Positions 47,572-56,786 of a stretch of 64,000 bases of DNA are shown piece by piece (within the stretch, counting starts at the first letter, position 1; every line of letters starts with the position of its first letter). The stretch lies in the IMG/VR virus record IMGVR_UViG_3300043778_000063, positions 8,707-72,706 of that record; one strand, given 5' to 3'. Below the pieces are notes generated by a model. That model did no database searches and was not told the DNA's origin. It saw only the letters and a program-made list of their open reading frames with translations. The stretch comes from a virus. A program made the translations under genes and the position numbers.

Positions 47572-48174
47572 TCAATTCTCTTTGTAGGTTCGCAGGAAAT
47601 ACGAATGCTTTTCGCTGGCGATCGGCGTGTAGGCGCCGATCTCTTCCATGGCATAGATGGTCGCTTGCGGTTCTTGCGATGGAATCGGCTGCATGGTCGT
47701 CAGCATCAGACTCGAGCCGGAGCATTCCGAGAAATATTGCGCGGTGGCATCGTTCGTCGGCTGCCACGCCGAGCAGGTAAGATTCCCAAGATAGATGTTG
47801 GCGGCGAGGTCGGCGGCGTAGGGGCCCACGTAGGCGCTACCATCGACGAGGCCTGTCGTGGTCGGCTTGGCAGAATAGAGCCACAACGTCGACGTCCCCG
47901 GCTTGTTGGTGCCGTTCGAATAGATGAGCGCCTTGATCGTGAGCGCCTGACCGGCGGGAACGCTGTTGAGAACGATCGGCGACGCCACGGCGCTGCCACT
48001 ATTGTTCAGCGCGAATAGTTGATTCCCCGTGTATGGAGTCGTCCCGGCGAAGTGCGTCGTGCTCCCGAGCCCATTGTAGGCGGTCTGGGAAAACGCTGCC
48101 GAGGCGAACATGATCAGCCCGAGGACGACGTAGGCGACGGTCAGCCACGTTTTCAACGTTGATTTCGGTTTCAT
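47572..48174 (-). CDS. Secreted hypothetical (probable virion appendage) protein
   Basis: Signal ..ASAAFS|QTAY; beta-rich body. Confidence 0.65.
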   Translation of the reverse strand: MKPKSTLKTWLTVAYVVLGLIMFASAAFSQTAYNGLGSTTHFAGTTPYTGNQLFALNNSGSAVASPIVLNSVPAGQALTIKALIYSNGTNKPGTSTLWLYSAKPTTTGLVDGSAYVGPYAADLAANIYLGNLTCSAWQPTNDATAQYFSECSGSSLMLTTMQPIPSQEPQATIYAMEEIGAYTPIASEKHSYFLRTYKEN

Positions 48175-49082
48175 GTTTCGACTTCCGTTTTGCAGGGCGC
48201 GCTGTCCAAGGTCTTTGCGAGTCTTCGTTTCCGTTCTACGGCTTTGACCCAAGAAGCCCTGATCGTTATGCCTTCTGAGATTAAAACCCTACGAATTTCT
48301 CTGCGGCCAGCTCCATATTTCCTGACAATGAAATCGACGCTTTTGCCATCTAAGTATTCGGATACGATCAATTTTGCATCTGTTATTATAGATTTAGCCC
48401 TACTGCCCAATGGGTGAATTTTTATCCCGGCACCAATCACAATATTACGTATCGCATCATCATGGGTATGATATATTTTCTTGAGGGTGGCAGTCCCCTT
48501 ACCGGATGCATACAGTGCTATGATTTCTGATTTGATTTGATCCGAAGCGATATTTTCAAAACAATTGGACGGCTTCTTTCCTGTTCTTATGGCCGATATC
48601 TTAGTTCTGAATTCTGGCGAACGCTTTCCTGGACTGCCTTTTCCGCCGCGCTTCGCTGATGCAGCTTTTTCTCGGGCGGATGCTGACCATACGCGCTCCC
48701 GATTTGATTTGGCAGTTCTTTCCCGCTGATCTTTCGAAGGTGATCTTCTAGGGCTATTGGCTGACATTTTAGCCCTGGCTTCATCCGACTGTTTCGTGCC
48801 TAAACGGCTTCCGGCAATAAGGCATGAATTATAATTTGGCTTCAAAATATCGATAGCGCGCTGCTCAAACATCAATAAGTCTGATGGACGACATACCAAA
48901 AGTCGAATGAAGCTCAGATTCTCTAATCCATATTTGTTGCAAGCGCGTTGAAGTGCTCGGCTGTGATGAATGCCCCTCCGCAAATGGGATTTGTGCATGT
49001 ACCATCGCATATTGAAATTGACCGCACTTCCGACGTAGAATCCGCCAGATGGTGATTTGATCTGGTAAATTCCAGAATTCAT
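48171..49082 (-). CDS. GIY-YIG homing endonuclease with NUMOD3-like repeats
   Basis: SGIYQI..FYVGSA..RW..H..L; GTKQSDEARAKMS; low GC. Confidence 0.92.
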   Translation of the reverse strand: MNSGIYQIKSPSGGFYVGSAVNFNMRWYMHKSHLRRGIHHSRALQRACNKYGLENLSFIRLLVCRPSDLLMFEQRAIDILKPNYNSCLIAGSRLGTKQSDEARAKMSANSPRRSPSKDQRERTAKSNRERVWSASAREKAASAKRGGKGSPGKRSPEFRTKISAIRTGKKPSNCFENIASDQIKSEIIALYASGKGTATLKKIYHTHDDAIRNIVIGAGIKIHPLGSRAKSIITDAKLIVSEYLDGKSVDFIVRKYGAGRREIRRVLISEGITIRASWVKAVERKRRLAKTLDSAPCKTEVET

Positions 49083-49083
49083 C

Positions 49084-49686
49084 TCAGTTTCCATTCTGCA
49101 AGGTGATCACACATTTTGTCCATCCAGCAGTCAGCCCCCAAGGCTCAGGGACCAGCGTCACAAGCCACACTGTTCCGTCAGGCAATCGTATCAGATCGCC
49201 ACCCTTGAGCAAAACGCGCACCACTCCGTTCAGCGTTCCCGACACATAAAGCGCGCGCATTTCTCCCTGAAGGTTGAGCCCTTCCGTCTGATGGAGATCG
49301 CGCGTTGATAATGCCTGGACCTGCCCGATCAGGTTGAGCGCGGTGGTCATCGCCTCCGAGGCGATGGGCGTCGGCTGGATTTGGCTGAGGAGGTAGGTTC
49401 CGAGCCCCCCGGTGGTTCCCGTCAGTTGCGACGTGATCGTGGTGGCCGGCAGCAGCGCTCCGGCGTCGGATAGCGTCTGGCCGGCCTGCAGGACCCCGCT
49501 GGCGACGTTGGTGACGGTCAGGACATCGCCCGAGACCGAGGCAGTGATTGCGCCTGGGGTGGCGAACGAGGGCGCCTGACTGCCATCTGGATTCTGCGCG
49601 CCGGGCCCGGTGCTGATCTGGACAGTCACCGGGATCAGAGGGTTGACCGCACCGACGTAGGGAGAAACGAGGCCGTGAAGGTTGAT
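49084..49686 (-). CDS. Head closure/neck protein with inserted beta domain (probable ATC start)
   Basis: (I)NLHGLV..GAVNP..ISTG; QVQALS..DL..GLNLQG..KGGDL..WLV..E.W..W.K..LQ. Confidence 0.8.
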   Translation of the reverse strand: MNLHGLVSPYVGAVNPLIPVTVQISTGPGAQNPDGSQAPSFATPGAITASVSGDVLTVTNVASGVLQAGQTLSDAGALLPATTITSQLTGTTGGLGTYLLSQIQPTPIASEAMTTALNLIGQVQALSTRDLHQTEGLNLQGEMRALYVSGTLNGVVRVLLKGGDLIRLPDGTVWLVTLVPEPWGLTAGWTKCVITLQNGN

Positions 49687-49696
49687 CGCAGCCTCC

Positions 49697-50338
49697 TCAA
49701 TTCATTCCAAATACCTGCAAAAATGCGAATATCGCATCGGTGGCCGTCGCCGCATTGATCGTCACCGCAACCGAGATCGCGGCGGACTCGTTCAGCGTGA
49801 GCAATGAAAATGCGGTGAGCGTGGCTAGATCCGCGCCACATTGACCGGCTTCGTGGATCGCGATTTGCGTATTCGAACCTGCGGCGCCATACTTGAACAC
49901 ATTGGCCGTGAGTTGCCAGCCGCCTGCCGAGGTCGTGGTGACGGGACCAAGTGCGGCGACAGTCGTGCCGCCGCTGACAATTGATCCAACGGCCGGCGCC
50001 GTCGCACCCATGATGATTTTGAACGTCTTGCTGGTCGCATTCAGTGCCGAGCCGGCTGCCATGATGTTGATGCCGCGATTCGCGATATCAAAGGCACCAA
50101 CCGGAATACTCCCCACCGCCACCACATAGTCGCTCCCGGTCCCTGCAGGATTTCGACCGGCCGCTATGGTCTGAACGATCAGATTGCCGTCATCGCCCAT
50201 CTGCAACGGGTTGTTGGCATTGGCGCCGAATGTTGCAGCACCGTTACCAAGCGATGCCCCGATCGCGGCAGCTTGGGCAGCGTTCAGATTGACATCGCCA
50301 AGCGACGACCAAAGCACGAGGGAACTTTTGAGGGCCAT
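49697..50338 (-). CDS. Probable virion structural protein
   Basis: Ala/Gly/Thr-rich beta protein within head-neck block; AGGAG RBS. Confidence 0.65.
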   Translation of the reverse strand: MALKSSLVLWSSLGDVNLNAAQAAAIGASLGNGAATFGANANNPLQMGDDGNLIVQTIAAGRNPAGTGSDYVVAVGSIPVGAFDIANRGINIMAAGSALNATSKTFKIIMGATAPAVGSIVSGGTTVAALGPVTTTSAGGWQLTANVFKYGAAGSNTQIAIHEAGQCGADLATLTAFSLLTLNESAAISVAVTINAATATDAIFAFLQVFGMN

Positions 50339-50381
50339 GGTAGAACTCCTTCAGGTTTGCTCTGGGCGCCGAGGCGAATGA

Positions 50382-50891
50382 TTACCCGACTGCGGAGGTC
50401 GGCGGAAGCGGCTTGTGGATCTCGGCTTGGAGGGCGGCGGCGGCCGCAGCCTCATCGGTCGGCGGGGCGGGCGGCGCGGGAGCCTTGGCGGCCGCGGCGG
50501 CGATCTCTGCGGCCTGAGCGGCGGCGACATCTTCGGGCGAACTGGTCGAGGAATACGGTGGGGGCGGGTATTTTGCGGCGCTGTAGCCGGCCGCAACCCA
50601 CTGCTCGATGGTCGGGCCGCCGGACTGGAGCGCCGGCGCTGATTCGCCGCGGACAGTCGGAGCGGCGGGCGGCAGCGGGACCGCGGCGCTCGGCGCGGCT
50701 GGCGTTGCCGCCAGCACGTGATCGCCACCAAGCGGCGTCATCGGGTTGCTCGGCGGCAGCGGCGCATTGATCTGGGCCGCGAGTTCGGCGCTGATCGCCG
50801 GTTCCGCATTCACCCGTTCCCAATCGTCAATCATCGGAGCAACGCGCGCCTTGAAGGCCCGGTAGTCGGCATAGAAGCTGTCGAGATCCAT
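50382..50891 (-). CDS. Pro/Ala-rich hypothetical protein
   Basis: GPTIEQWVAAGYSAAKYPPPPYSS motif; GAGGAGG RBS. Confidence 0.7.
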   Translation of the reverse strand: MDLDSFYADYRAFKARVAPMIDDWERVNAEPAISAELAAQINAPLPPSNPMTPLGGDHVLAATPAAPSAAVPLPPAAPTVRGESAPALQSGGPTIEQWVAAGYSAAKYPPPPYSSTSSPEDVAAAQAAEIAAAAAKAPAPPAPPTDEAAAAAALQAEIHKPLPPTSAVG

Positions 50892-50912
50892 AGGACCCTC
50901 CTCAGGTTGGGT

Positions 50913-51446
50913 TTACGTCACTTCGTGGCTGATCGACCCCAGGAGCATCCCTGTCCAGACCAAAGGTTTGGTCGAGGTGCCGGCCGAAGCCGTGTGACCC
51001 TGGGCGACCAAGCCGCGAGCCGCTGCGACATCTCTAGCACGAATGTCCCAAGGATTCGTCCAGAAAAACTCGCGCAGGACCAGCGTGACAGGGCTAAGGG
51101 GCGGCGTGTTCGTGTCCACGATCGATTGCCGCAATTGACCGGCAATGCCCTCGCCGACCATGTTGAGCGTCGCGGTCGCATCGTAGCCGTTGGCGACCAG
51201 CAGCGCGCCAGCGGCCGGGCCCCATTCATGGCTTTTGGCAGCGATCATGTTGCGGAAGAACGGCCGCGGGGGAATGCCAGCGCGGGGGGCACCGAATTCC
51301 TGTATGGCGGCCACAGTGGCTACCTTGGTGCCGTTGGGATAGGTCGCGTTCTCAAGGAATCCGACCTTGACGGTCTGCGCCGACGTTACGGCACCGGCCA
51401 TCTTCTGCAATTGGGCTTGGAATTTGTTCCCGCCGCGGACAGGCAT
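50913..51446 (-). CDS. Neck/tail completion protein
   Basis: VKVGFLENATYPNG..VA..QEFG..IPPRPFFR..KPLVWTG. Confidence 0.85.
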   Translation of the reverse strand: MPVRGGNKFQAQLQKMAGAVTSAQTVKVGFLENATYPNGTKVATVAAIQEFGAPRAGIPPRPFFRNMIAAKSHEWGPAAGALLVANGYDATATLNMVGEGIAGQLRQSIVDTNTPPLSPVTLVLREFFWTNPWDIRARDVAAARGLVAQGHTASAGTSTKPLVWTGMLLGSISHEVT

Positions 51447-51449
51447 GGT

Positions 51450-51953
51450 TCAATATCCGCCGCGCCACCGGCCGCCATACGGGAAGAGCAAGCTGTTTTC
51501 TGGCAGGATCGTCGGCTGCGCGACGTAGAAACCCTGCCGATAATTTGCGCTGGCAAACCAAAATTCTGCACCATAGCGCGTGGTCATAAACCATGCCTGC
51601 GACGGCGAGCCCTCGTTGGCGTCCCCCATGTCGGCACCCACCGACACCGAGCCCTCCGAGGCCGTGTTGATTCGCCCCACGATCGGCGAGGCGGGCTGGC
51701 CGGTCGCGGCCGGGTTTCCGAACGCATCCCGCGGCGCGTTGAGCCACGCGATGTGCGCCGTCAGCAGGTAGAGCAGCCCCGTCAGTATCCCGCCGGTCGG
51801 GTCCTGCTGATAGGCCGGGTTGCAGGTATCGTTGCTGCAGAAATTGGTGGCCCGGTTGAACCACGCCTGCGCCGCCACCGGGTTCACAGCCGAGAACTCG
51901 CCGAATTGCGCGATCCAGTCCGTGAATACGAATGTGATCGCTGGCGTCGTCAT
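51450..51953 (-). CDS. DUF4054 head-tail adaptor
   Basis: LLYLLTAHIA..VGRINTASEGSVSV..WF.TT.YG..FW. Confidence 0.9.
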   Translation of the reverse strand: MTTPAITFVFTDWIAQFGEFSAVNPVAAQAWFNRATNFCSNDTCNPAYQQDPTGGILTGLLYLLTAHIAWLNAPRDAFGNPAATGQPASPIVGRINTASEGSVSVGADMGDANEGSPSQAWFMTTRYGAEFWFASANYRQGFYVAQPTILPENSLLFPYGGRWRGGY

Positions 51954-52306
51954 TCCGCAGCCTGATCGGTGACTTTTGGTTCCTGCTCGGTCTTGTCCTC
52001 GTTCTCGCCTGCCAGCGCGTTGTCTCCGAGCATCTTCGCTTTGAATGCGCGCACTGCCGCAGTCTCGGCGCGGATTGCCACTTCAATTGCCTTCGCGCCC
52101 TTGGCCTCTTCCATGAGCTCGGCCGCCGCAGCCACGACGCCGAGTTCTACCTGATCAATGACCTGCTTGACCTGGTCGAACATGGCACCGAGCCTTCCCG
52201 CCAACCGCTTCCCACCGATCTCCTGAGGCATCATCACGTCCTTCAAAGGCGCCGCCAGAACGCGGTCAAGTTCCTGACTCTTCGCGAGCGTCTCCGCGAA
52301 GGTCAC
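51950..52306 (-). CDS. Hypothetical helical protein
   Basis: GTG start coupled to upstream stop. Confidence 0.6.
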   Translation of the reverse strand: MTFAETLAKSQELDRVLAAPLKDVMMPQEIGGKRLAGRLGAMFDQVKQVIDQVELGVVAAAAELMEEAKGAKAIEVAIRAETAAVRAFKAKMLGDNALAGENEDKTEQEPKVTDQAAE

Positions 52307-52659
52307 AGCGTAGGGTTTGACTTGGCTTCCTCCTCGAGGAGAAAGATCTGCTTCAGTTGGACGGCCGGGTTCAGCCTGTTCTGCGCCAGCCATTTGCCCC
52401 ACCATTCCGCGTCGACGTCCGTGATCCCAGGCTCAAGATCGTCCGGACTAGTGTTGCCGGCTCCCGTGTGCAGAGGGGACGGACCGTTGAGCCGGATGCC
52501 GGGTCCATCATGGACCGTCGGCTTGACGCCGGTGCCGTCATCCCAACCCACTTTCGAGAGACGGATTGCGACGCCGTTCGGGATGCGGCAGGCGATGCGC
52601 ACCGTCTTCCGTTCCGGCTGCATCTCGCTAGACGCCTTTTCTTGGTCTGGTTTCAACAT
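52303..52659 (-). CDS. Hypothetical protein, paralogue of upstream gene
   Basis: VRIACRIPNG..IRLNG..GITDVDAEWWGKWLAQN..IF. Confidence 0.75.
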   Translation of the reverse strand: MLKPDQEKASSEMQPERKTVRIACRIPNGVAIRLSKVGWDDGTGVKPTVHDGPGIRLNGPSPLHTGAGNTSPDDLEPGITDVDAEWWGKWLAQNRLNPAVQLKQIFLLEEEAKSNPTL

Positions 52660-53317
52660 CGCTGACCTCTTCCCGGGTGGGCTTGGCGAACGCCCTGATG
52701 CGCGGATCGGACTTCGGATTGATCGGCTCCAGGCCACTCAGGATCGCCGCCTGTTCGGTCGCCTGCCCGCGCACCATATCCTCTTTTTCATGGGCGAAGA
52801 TCAACCCATTCATCACGAGCGCGCTGCGCTTGTTCTGGTCCAACCACTGATCGAACCAGTCCTTGTCGATCCCGTAGTTCAGCGCGGCGCCGCCGACCAT
52901 GACCGGAGGGTCGGGAAATTCCGATGGCTTCGCGCCTCGAGGATAGGCCGTGCCGCGGAGCCGGACAACTGACCCGGTCCGCCGTCCCTGCATCCGCTTC
53001 CGCGAGCCGGTCTGCGTCTCCTCGTTGACCTCGATCATCTCGCAAAGCTGCAGGTTGACATACGGCACGCCGATCTTGCAGGCGACGATCACCTTTGCGC
53101 CGGCGCGCTGGGGCTGCGCGACACCCCCAGAGGCGGCCGCAACGGCGCCAGGATCAGCGAACGCCTTCTGATTCAGCGCCTGGATTTGCTCGGATGTCGG
53201 GCCATTGGATTCGCGTGGAGCGGCGCCTGCCATTTCGGCCCGGGCCTGCGCGGCGCCCTCGGCCCGCAGACGATCCTCACGCTCTGCTCGCTTCTGCTTG
53301 GCCGTCAGTGTCGACAT
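52628..53317 (-). CDS. Conserved post-capsid protein
   Basis: VIVACKI..VRLRG..GIDKDWFDQWLDQN..NGLIFA..SGLEPI. Confidence 0.8.
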   Translation of the reverse strand: MSTLTAKQKRAEREDRLRAEGAAQARAEMAGAAPRESNGPTSEQIQALNQKAFADPGAVAAASGGVAQPQRAGAKVIVACKIGVPYVNLQLCEMIEVNEETQTGSRKRMQGRRTGSVVRLRGTAYPRGAKPSEFPDPPVMVGGAALNYGIDKDWFDQWLDQNKRSALVMNGLIFAHEKEDMVRGQATEQAAILSGLEPINPKSDPRIRAFAKPTREEVSDVETRPRKGV

Positions 53318-53342
53318 GATCTCTTCCCTTCGTTGTGAGCCC

Positions 53343-53369
53343 GCCTCTCCACGTTATATATGGAGAGGC
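53343..53369 (-). terminator. Stem-loop downstream of major capsid gene (terminator/attenuator or stabiliser)
   Basis: GCCTCTCCA-9 nt-TGGAGAGGC perfect 9-bp stem; no strong U tract. Confidence 0.5.
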
Positions 53370-53427
53370 TAAGGCTTCATACACAATTTTCCCCGGGAAG
53401 GGTTTCGATCCACGCCCTCGTGAGCGA

Positions 53428-54540
53428 CTAAACGCCGAGCATCCCAGCTATGCCAACCGGCATTCTCGTGACAACACCGAAGATCCCGCTCGTGTATTTC
53501 TGCAGCCAACTTGAGGCCTGCGGGATCAGTTTGTGTGCGCGGAGCTTCTCGTTGTAGGCTGGATAGGCGACTTTGCCGCCATCGATGTTATCGACGATGA
53601 TCTGAAACACGTTCCCGATGGCGGAATCGCCCTGGGTGTTGTTGGTGGTTTTCTGCCCGTACTGCGGCGCGGGGACAATTTTCATGTTCGGGAAGCCGCG
53701 CTTCAGGAGATCCTTGACGAAGACGCCGAACGAGTTCGCGAATTCCAGGGCAAGTTGCGACTGCGGCGATAGCGCCAGCGTCATCGGCGAGTCCATCTCA
53801 ACCGCACCGTTGGTCTGATTGATGATCTGCTCGACCACCGCCAGGATGTCGTTGTAGACCTCGTTGGCAGTTGCGGCCGGCGAGCCGGCGTTGAACCATG
53901 ATGTCCCGCCCCACGCCTTGATGGCGGGCGTCAAAAACGCCGAGAGGTACGGGTTGTTGATCAAGCCGTAGTTCTGCAGGCCAGCCAGGCCGAAGGCATA
54001 TCCGAGGTTTCCGAATCGATTGAGCAATCCGGCCGCAGCGCTGGTGAGTTCGCCGACGTAGTTGATCCGCATCAAGCCGGCGCGCTCGGTCTCCCGCTCG
54101 CCGTAGTTGACGAAGGTCTGGAACAGATAGGACTGGAGTTGCGGGTAATTGAAGTTGATGCCGGTGCGGCCGTTGTTCGAATAATCGTCGTAGCTGGAAA
54201 CTTCGCCGTTCTCCTCGATGACCGGGAAGATGTAGGTTTCCATTAGCCAGTCGCCGACCTTGCGCTCACCACCGAGGATCTTGGCGATCTGCAGCGGGGC
54301 AAATACGAACCGGATCACATCCGGGCTGATGCCGGTGGTGAGCATCGCGGGGAGCGCCGCATTCGGATCGGTGCCCAAGGTGCCGGCGGCATCGAACGCC
54401 ATTTGTCTGAGCGACTTGTCCCCCGTGTTCTTCCACTCATCGGGAATGAACATTCGGGCGCCATCGAAAATAACCCCGCCCTCGTGGTTAAGGACGTGCC
54501 TCACCTTGTTAAACTCGGCGATTGCTTGGTTCCGGTCCAT
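53428..54540 (-). CDS. Major capsid protein (DUF2184)
   Basis: GE.KVGDW, E..GEVSSY.DYS, QSYLFQT..YGERE, YGLINNP. Confidence 0.92.
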   Translation of the reverse strand: MDRNQAIAEFNKVRHVLNHEGGVIFDGARMFIPDEWKNTGDKSLRQMAFDAAGTLGTDPNAALPAMLTTGISPDVIRFVFAPLQIAKILGGERKVGDWLMETYIFPVIEENGEVSSYDDYSNNGRTGINFNYPQLQSYLFQTFVNYGERETERAGLMRINYVGELTSAAAGLLNRFGNLGYAFGLAGLQNYGLINNPYLSAFLTPAIKAWGGTSWFNAGSPAATANEVYNDILAVVEQIINQTNGAVEMDSPMTLALSPQSQLALEFANSFGVFVKDLLKRGFPNMKIVPAPQYGQKTTNNTQGDSAIGNVFQIIVDNIDGGKVAYPAYNEKLRAHKLIPQASSWLQKYTSGIFGVVTRMPVGIAGMLGV

Positions 54541-54605
54541 CGATGAAGCTCCTGCTTTCCCGTTTCAATCCGCCTCAAACGAGACGTCAAAAAGTGACAA
54601 CCCTA

Positions 54606-55571
54606 TCAGTTACCGCCGGCGTCCTTGAACGAACTGATCTTCACGGGCTCGAGCGGCAGGCCAGTCGAGCGCGCGTAGAAGGCGGTTTCGACCGCGAGGC
54701 TGGCTACAATCGTATTCGATGTGACGGTTTGGGTCGGATTCACGGCCATCGTTCCGCCCGTGCCGCCCGTGCCCGTGATATTGGCGGTGATCGTGGTGCC
54801 AGCCACGACAGTCGGGCCAGTAAGCACATCCCCCACCGCGAATGTTCCGGTCGCGGTACCGATGGTCAGGATTCCATAGGTGCCTGAAATCGTCTCTGAT
54901 GCGGCCGTGATCTCACCCACGTTAAGGGAATATGTTCCCACTCCTCCGGGAGTTCCAGTCAATTGGGCCACGATCAGCGGAGCCGGTGCGGTCGGTATCG
55001 AAGTGCCGGAAATTGCAGCTCCAGGTGTGACGGTGCCAGAACCGACGTTCGTGACCGTCATGATATTGCCGGAGATCGAACCGGTCACCGAGAACGTGGC
55101 CGGAGCGATGGTGCTGGTCGTCGCCGAGGCGCCACCGAAGGCTGTCCCGGTCGGTGCGAACGCCACCTTGCCGGTAGCAACGAATGCGAATGCTTTCTGG
55201 CCGTACTCAGCCTCGGTAGTACCGTCGTTCTGAACTGCGAAGTCGCCGGCGATCTGCAGCGCCGTCTGAGCGCCTGGTTGGACTTGCAAGCCGGCATTTG
55301 AGAGGAACGTCGTGTTCAGTGCCTGCTGCACGCCAAGCAGGAAGCCATTCGGAGGCCCGTTGCCGAAGCTGTTCGCGATGGTCGGGCCACCGTTCGGATC
55401 CAGCGGCGGGGTCACCCACGCGAAACGGCCGACGAAGAGCGACGCTCCAGATACCAGCCCGCCAGGGCCGGCATCGAAACTGAAGAGCGGATTCACACTC
55501 GTTCGATTGCCTGGAATAAATGCCGCAGGTTGCACGGCCACTTGGACCTGCCAGCCGCCCGTTCCGCTCAT
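54606..55571 (-). CDS. Capsid cement/decoration protein with two inserted beta domains
   Basis: QPA..PG..S.NP..AG.GGLV..VGRFAW..P.GF..GDF; between scaffold and MCP. Confidence 0.82.
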   Translation of the reverse strand: MSGTGGWQVQVAVQPAAFIPGNRTSVNPLFSFDAGPGGLVSGASLFVGRFAWVTPPLDPNGGPTIANSFGNGPPNGFLLGVQQALNTTFLSNAGLQVQPGAQTALQIAGDFAVQNDGTTEAEYGQKAFAFVATGKVAFAPTGTAFGGASATTSTIAPATFSVTGSISGNIMTVTNVGSGTVTPGAAISGTSIPTAPAPLIVAQLTGTPGGVGTYSLNVGEITAASETISGTYGILTIGTATGTFAVGDVLTGPTVVAGTTITANITGTGGTGGTMAVNPTQTVTSNTIVASLAVETAFYARSTGLPLEPVKISSFKDAGGN

Positions 55572-55636
55572 GATTTGACTCCTTCGTCGATGGGGGCGAA
55601 CCCCGGAATTAATAAAAAGTCCGTTTCGCTACGCGG

Positions 55637-56707
55637 TCAGAGCGTGGTCGAGATGTTGGCGAAATCGGGAGCCAGAGCGACAACCGCAGCGCGGTCGGAT
55701 GAATCCATGGCAATATGCTCGCCACCGCCGTTGTTTTCGGGAGCCCGGGCGCCGTTCTTCGGCAACGTCTTCAGGATCGGCAACAGCGCATCGGCGTGCA
55801 GCGTCTTGGCGCCATCGACGCCGCGCATCACGAGCGCGTGGCGGTGGACGTCGGCGGCGGTATCGAACGCCATGGTCGCCGGAAGCTCGCCGACCCAGGG
55901 ATGGACCTCGGCGATTGCCGCGCGGACGCCGCGTTCGTTGTCGCGCACCTTGGCCAGTTCCTTTTGAAACACAACGGCTTGAGCTTTCAGCGCGGCATCC
56001 ATGGCGCCGGGCGTGACCTTGTCTTTGTCCATTTCGGCGTCCTTTACTGCTTTGTCGGCGGCGGCCTTTTCTTCTTCCTTCTTTTTCTTTTCCTCGGGAG
56101 TCAACTCGGCGTCCCCGGTGATGTCGGATTTCGGCATCATGTCGCACGCCTTCATGATGTCGTCCTCACCCATGCCCTTTCCGCGGAGGAAGTTCTTGAA
56201 CGGCTCGGCGTCGAAGCCCTTCTCGCCGGGCTCCTTGCGGGGCTCCGTGACGTCGAGCGGGCCGACCGTGGCCGCGTTCTCCATCTCCTCGGGCTTCGGG
56301 GCCTCCTCGTCGACGCCGGCGCCGCTCATGTTCTCGTTGAAGGCGTCGATCGCCTTGGCGAAATTCTGCATGCTGCCGTCAAGGGCGAGGCCCTTGCGCA
56401 GCTTGCCGTCCAGCGCGAGACGAACGCCGGCCAGCAACTTATCGCGGCCGGTCTTGAAGTTCTTGCTGGTCAGCCCCTTGAACAGGTCAACCGGGAGCGT
56501 CGCCTTCTGGTCCATCGCCAGAAGCGGTGCGACGTGTGCCGCAGTGATCGAGAGCGCGACCGCGCCGAACCGGGTTGCCTTCATCGGATTTGCTCCATCA
56601 TAAGCGAGGCGGGAGATGTCGAGTAGGGCTTCATCGAGGCCGAGCGCCCGCAGGGCTTCCCGGGGCGTTTTGTACTTTTTCCGGAGTTCGTCACCGAGCT
56701 TACCCAC
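55637..56707 (-). CDS. Scaffold/prohead core protein
   Basis: Charged coiled coil, AMDAAL, V.P.VG..AFD.A..V.R.AL; upstream of cement gene. Confidence 0.75.
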   Translation of the reverse strand: MGKLGDELRKKYKTPREALRALGLDEALLDISRLAYDGANPMKATRFGAVALSITAAHVAPLLAMDQKATLPVDLFKGLTSKNFKTGRDKLLAGVRLALDGKLRKGLALDGSMQNFAKAIDAFNENMSGAGVDEEAPKPEEMENAATVGPLDVTEPRKEPGEKGFDAEPFKNFLRGKGMGEDDIMKACDMMPKSDITGDAELTPEEKKKKEEEKAAADKAVKDAEMDKDKVTPGAMDAALKAQAVVFQKELAKVRDNERGVRAAIAEVHPWVGELPATMAFDTAADVHRHALVMRGVDGAKTLHADALLPILKTLPKNGARAPENNGGGEHIAMDSSDRAAVVALAPDFANISTTL

Positions 56708-56786
56708 TCATCTCCCTCGGAGGATTCGGGGATTGATGCCGCAATCTTTCGCTTATTTTGGGAAAATCTGATAGTGCGTCAGATTA

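Noticed and set aside
50718-51965. 415-aa plus-strand ORF and similar long antisense ORFs across the structural region
   Set aside because: Opposite well-supported structural genes; Arg-rich shadow composition
34583-55571. Repeated structural-protein insert as inteins or DNA-level mobile repeats
   Set aside because: No C/S...HN intein termini, and copies are similar only at protein level
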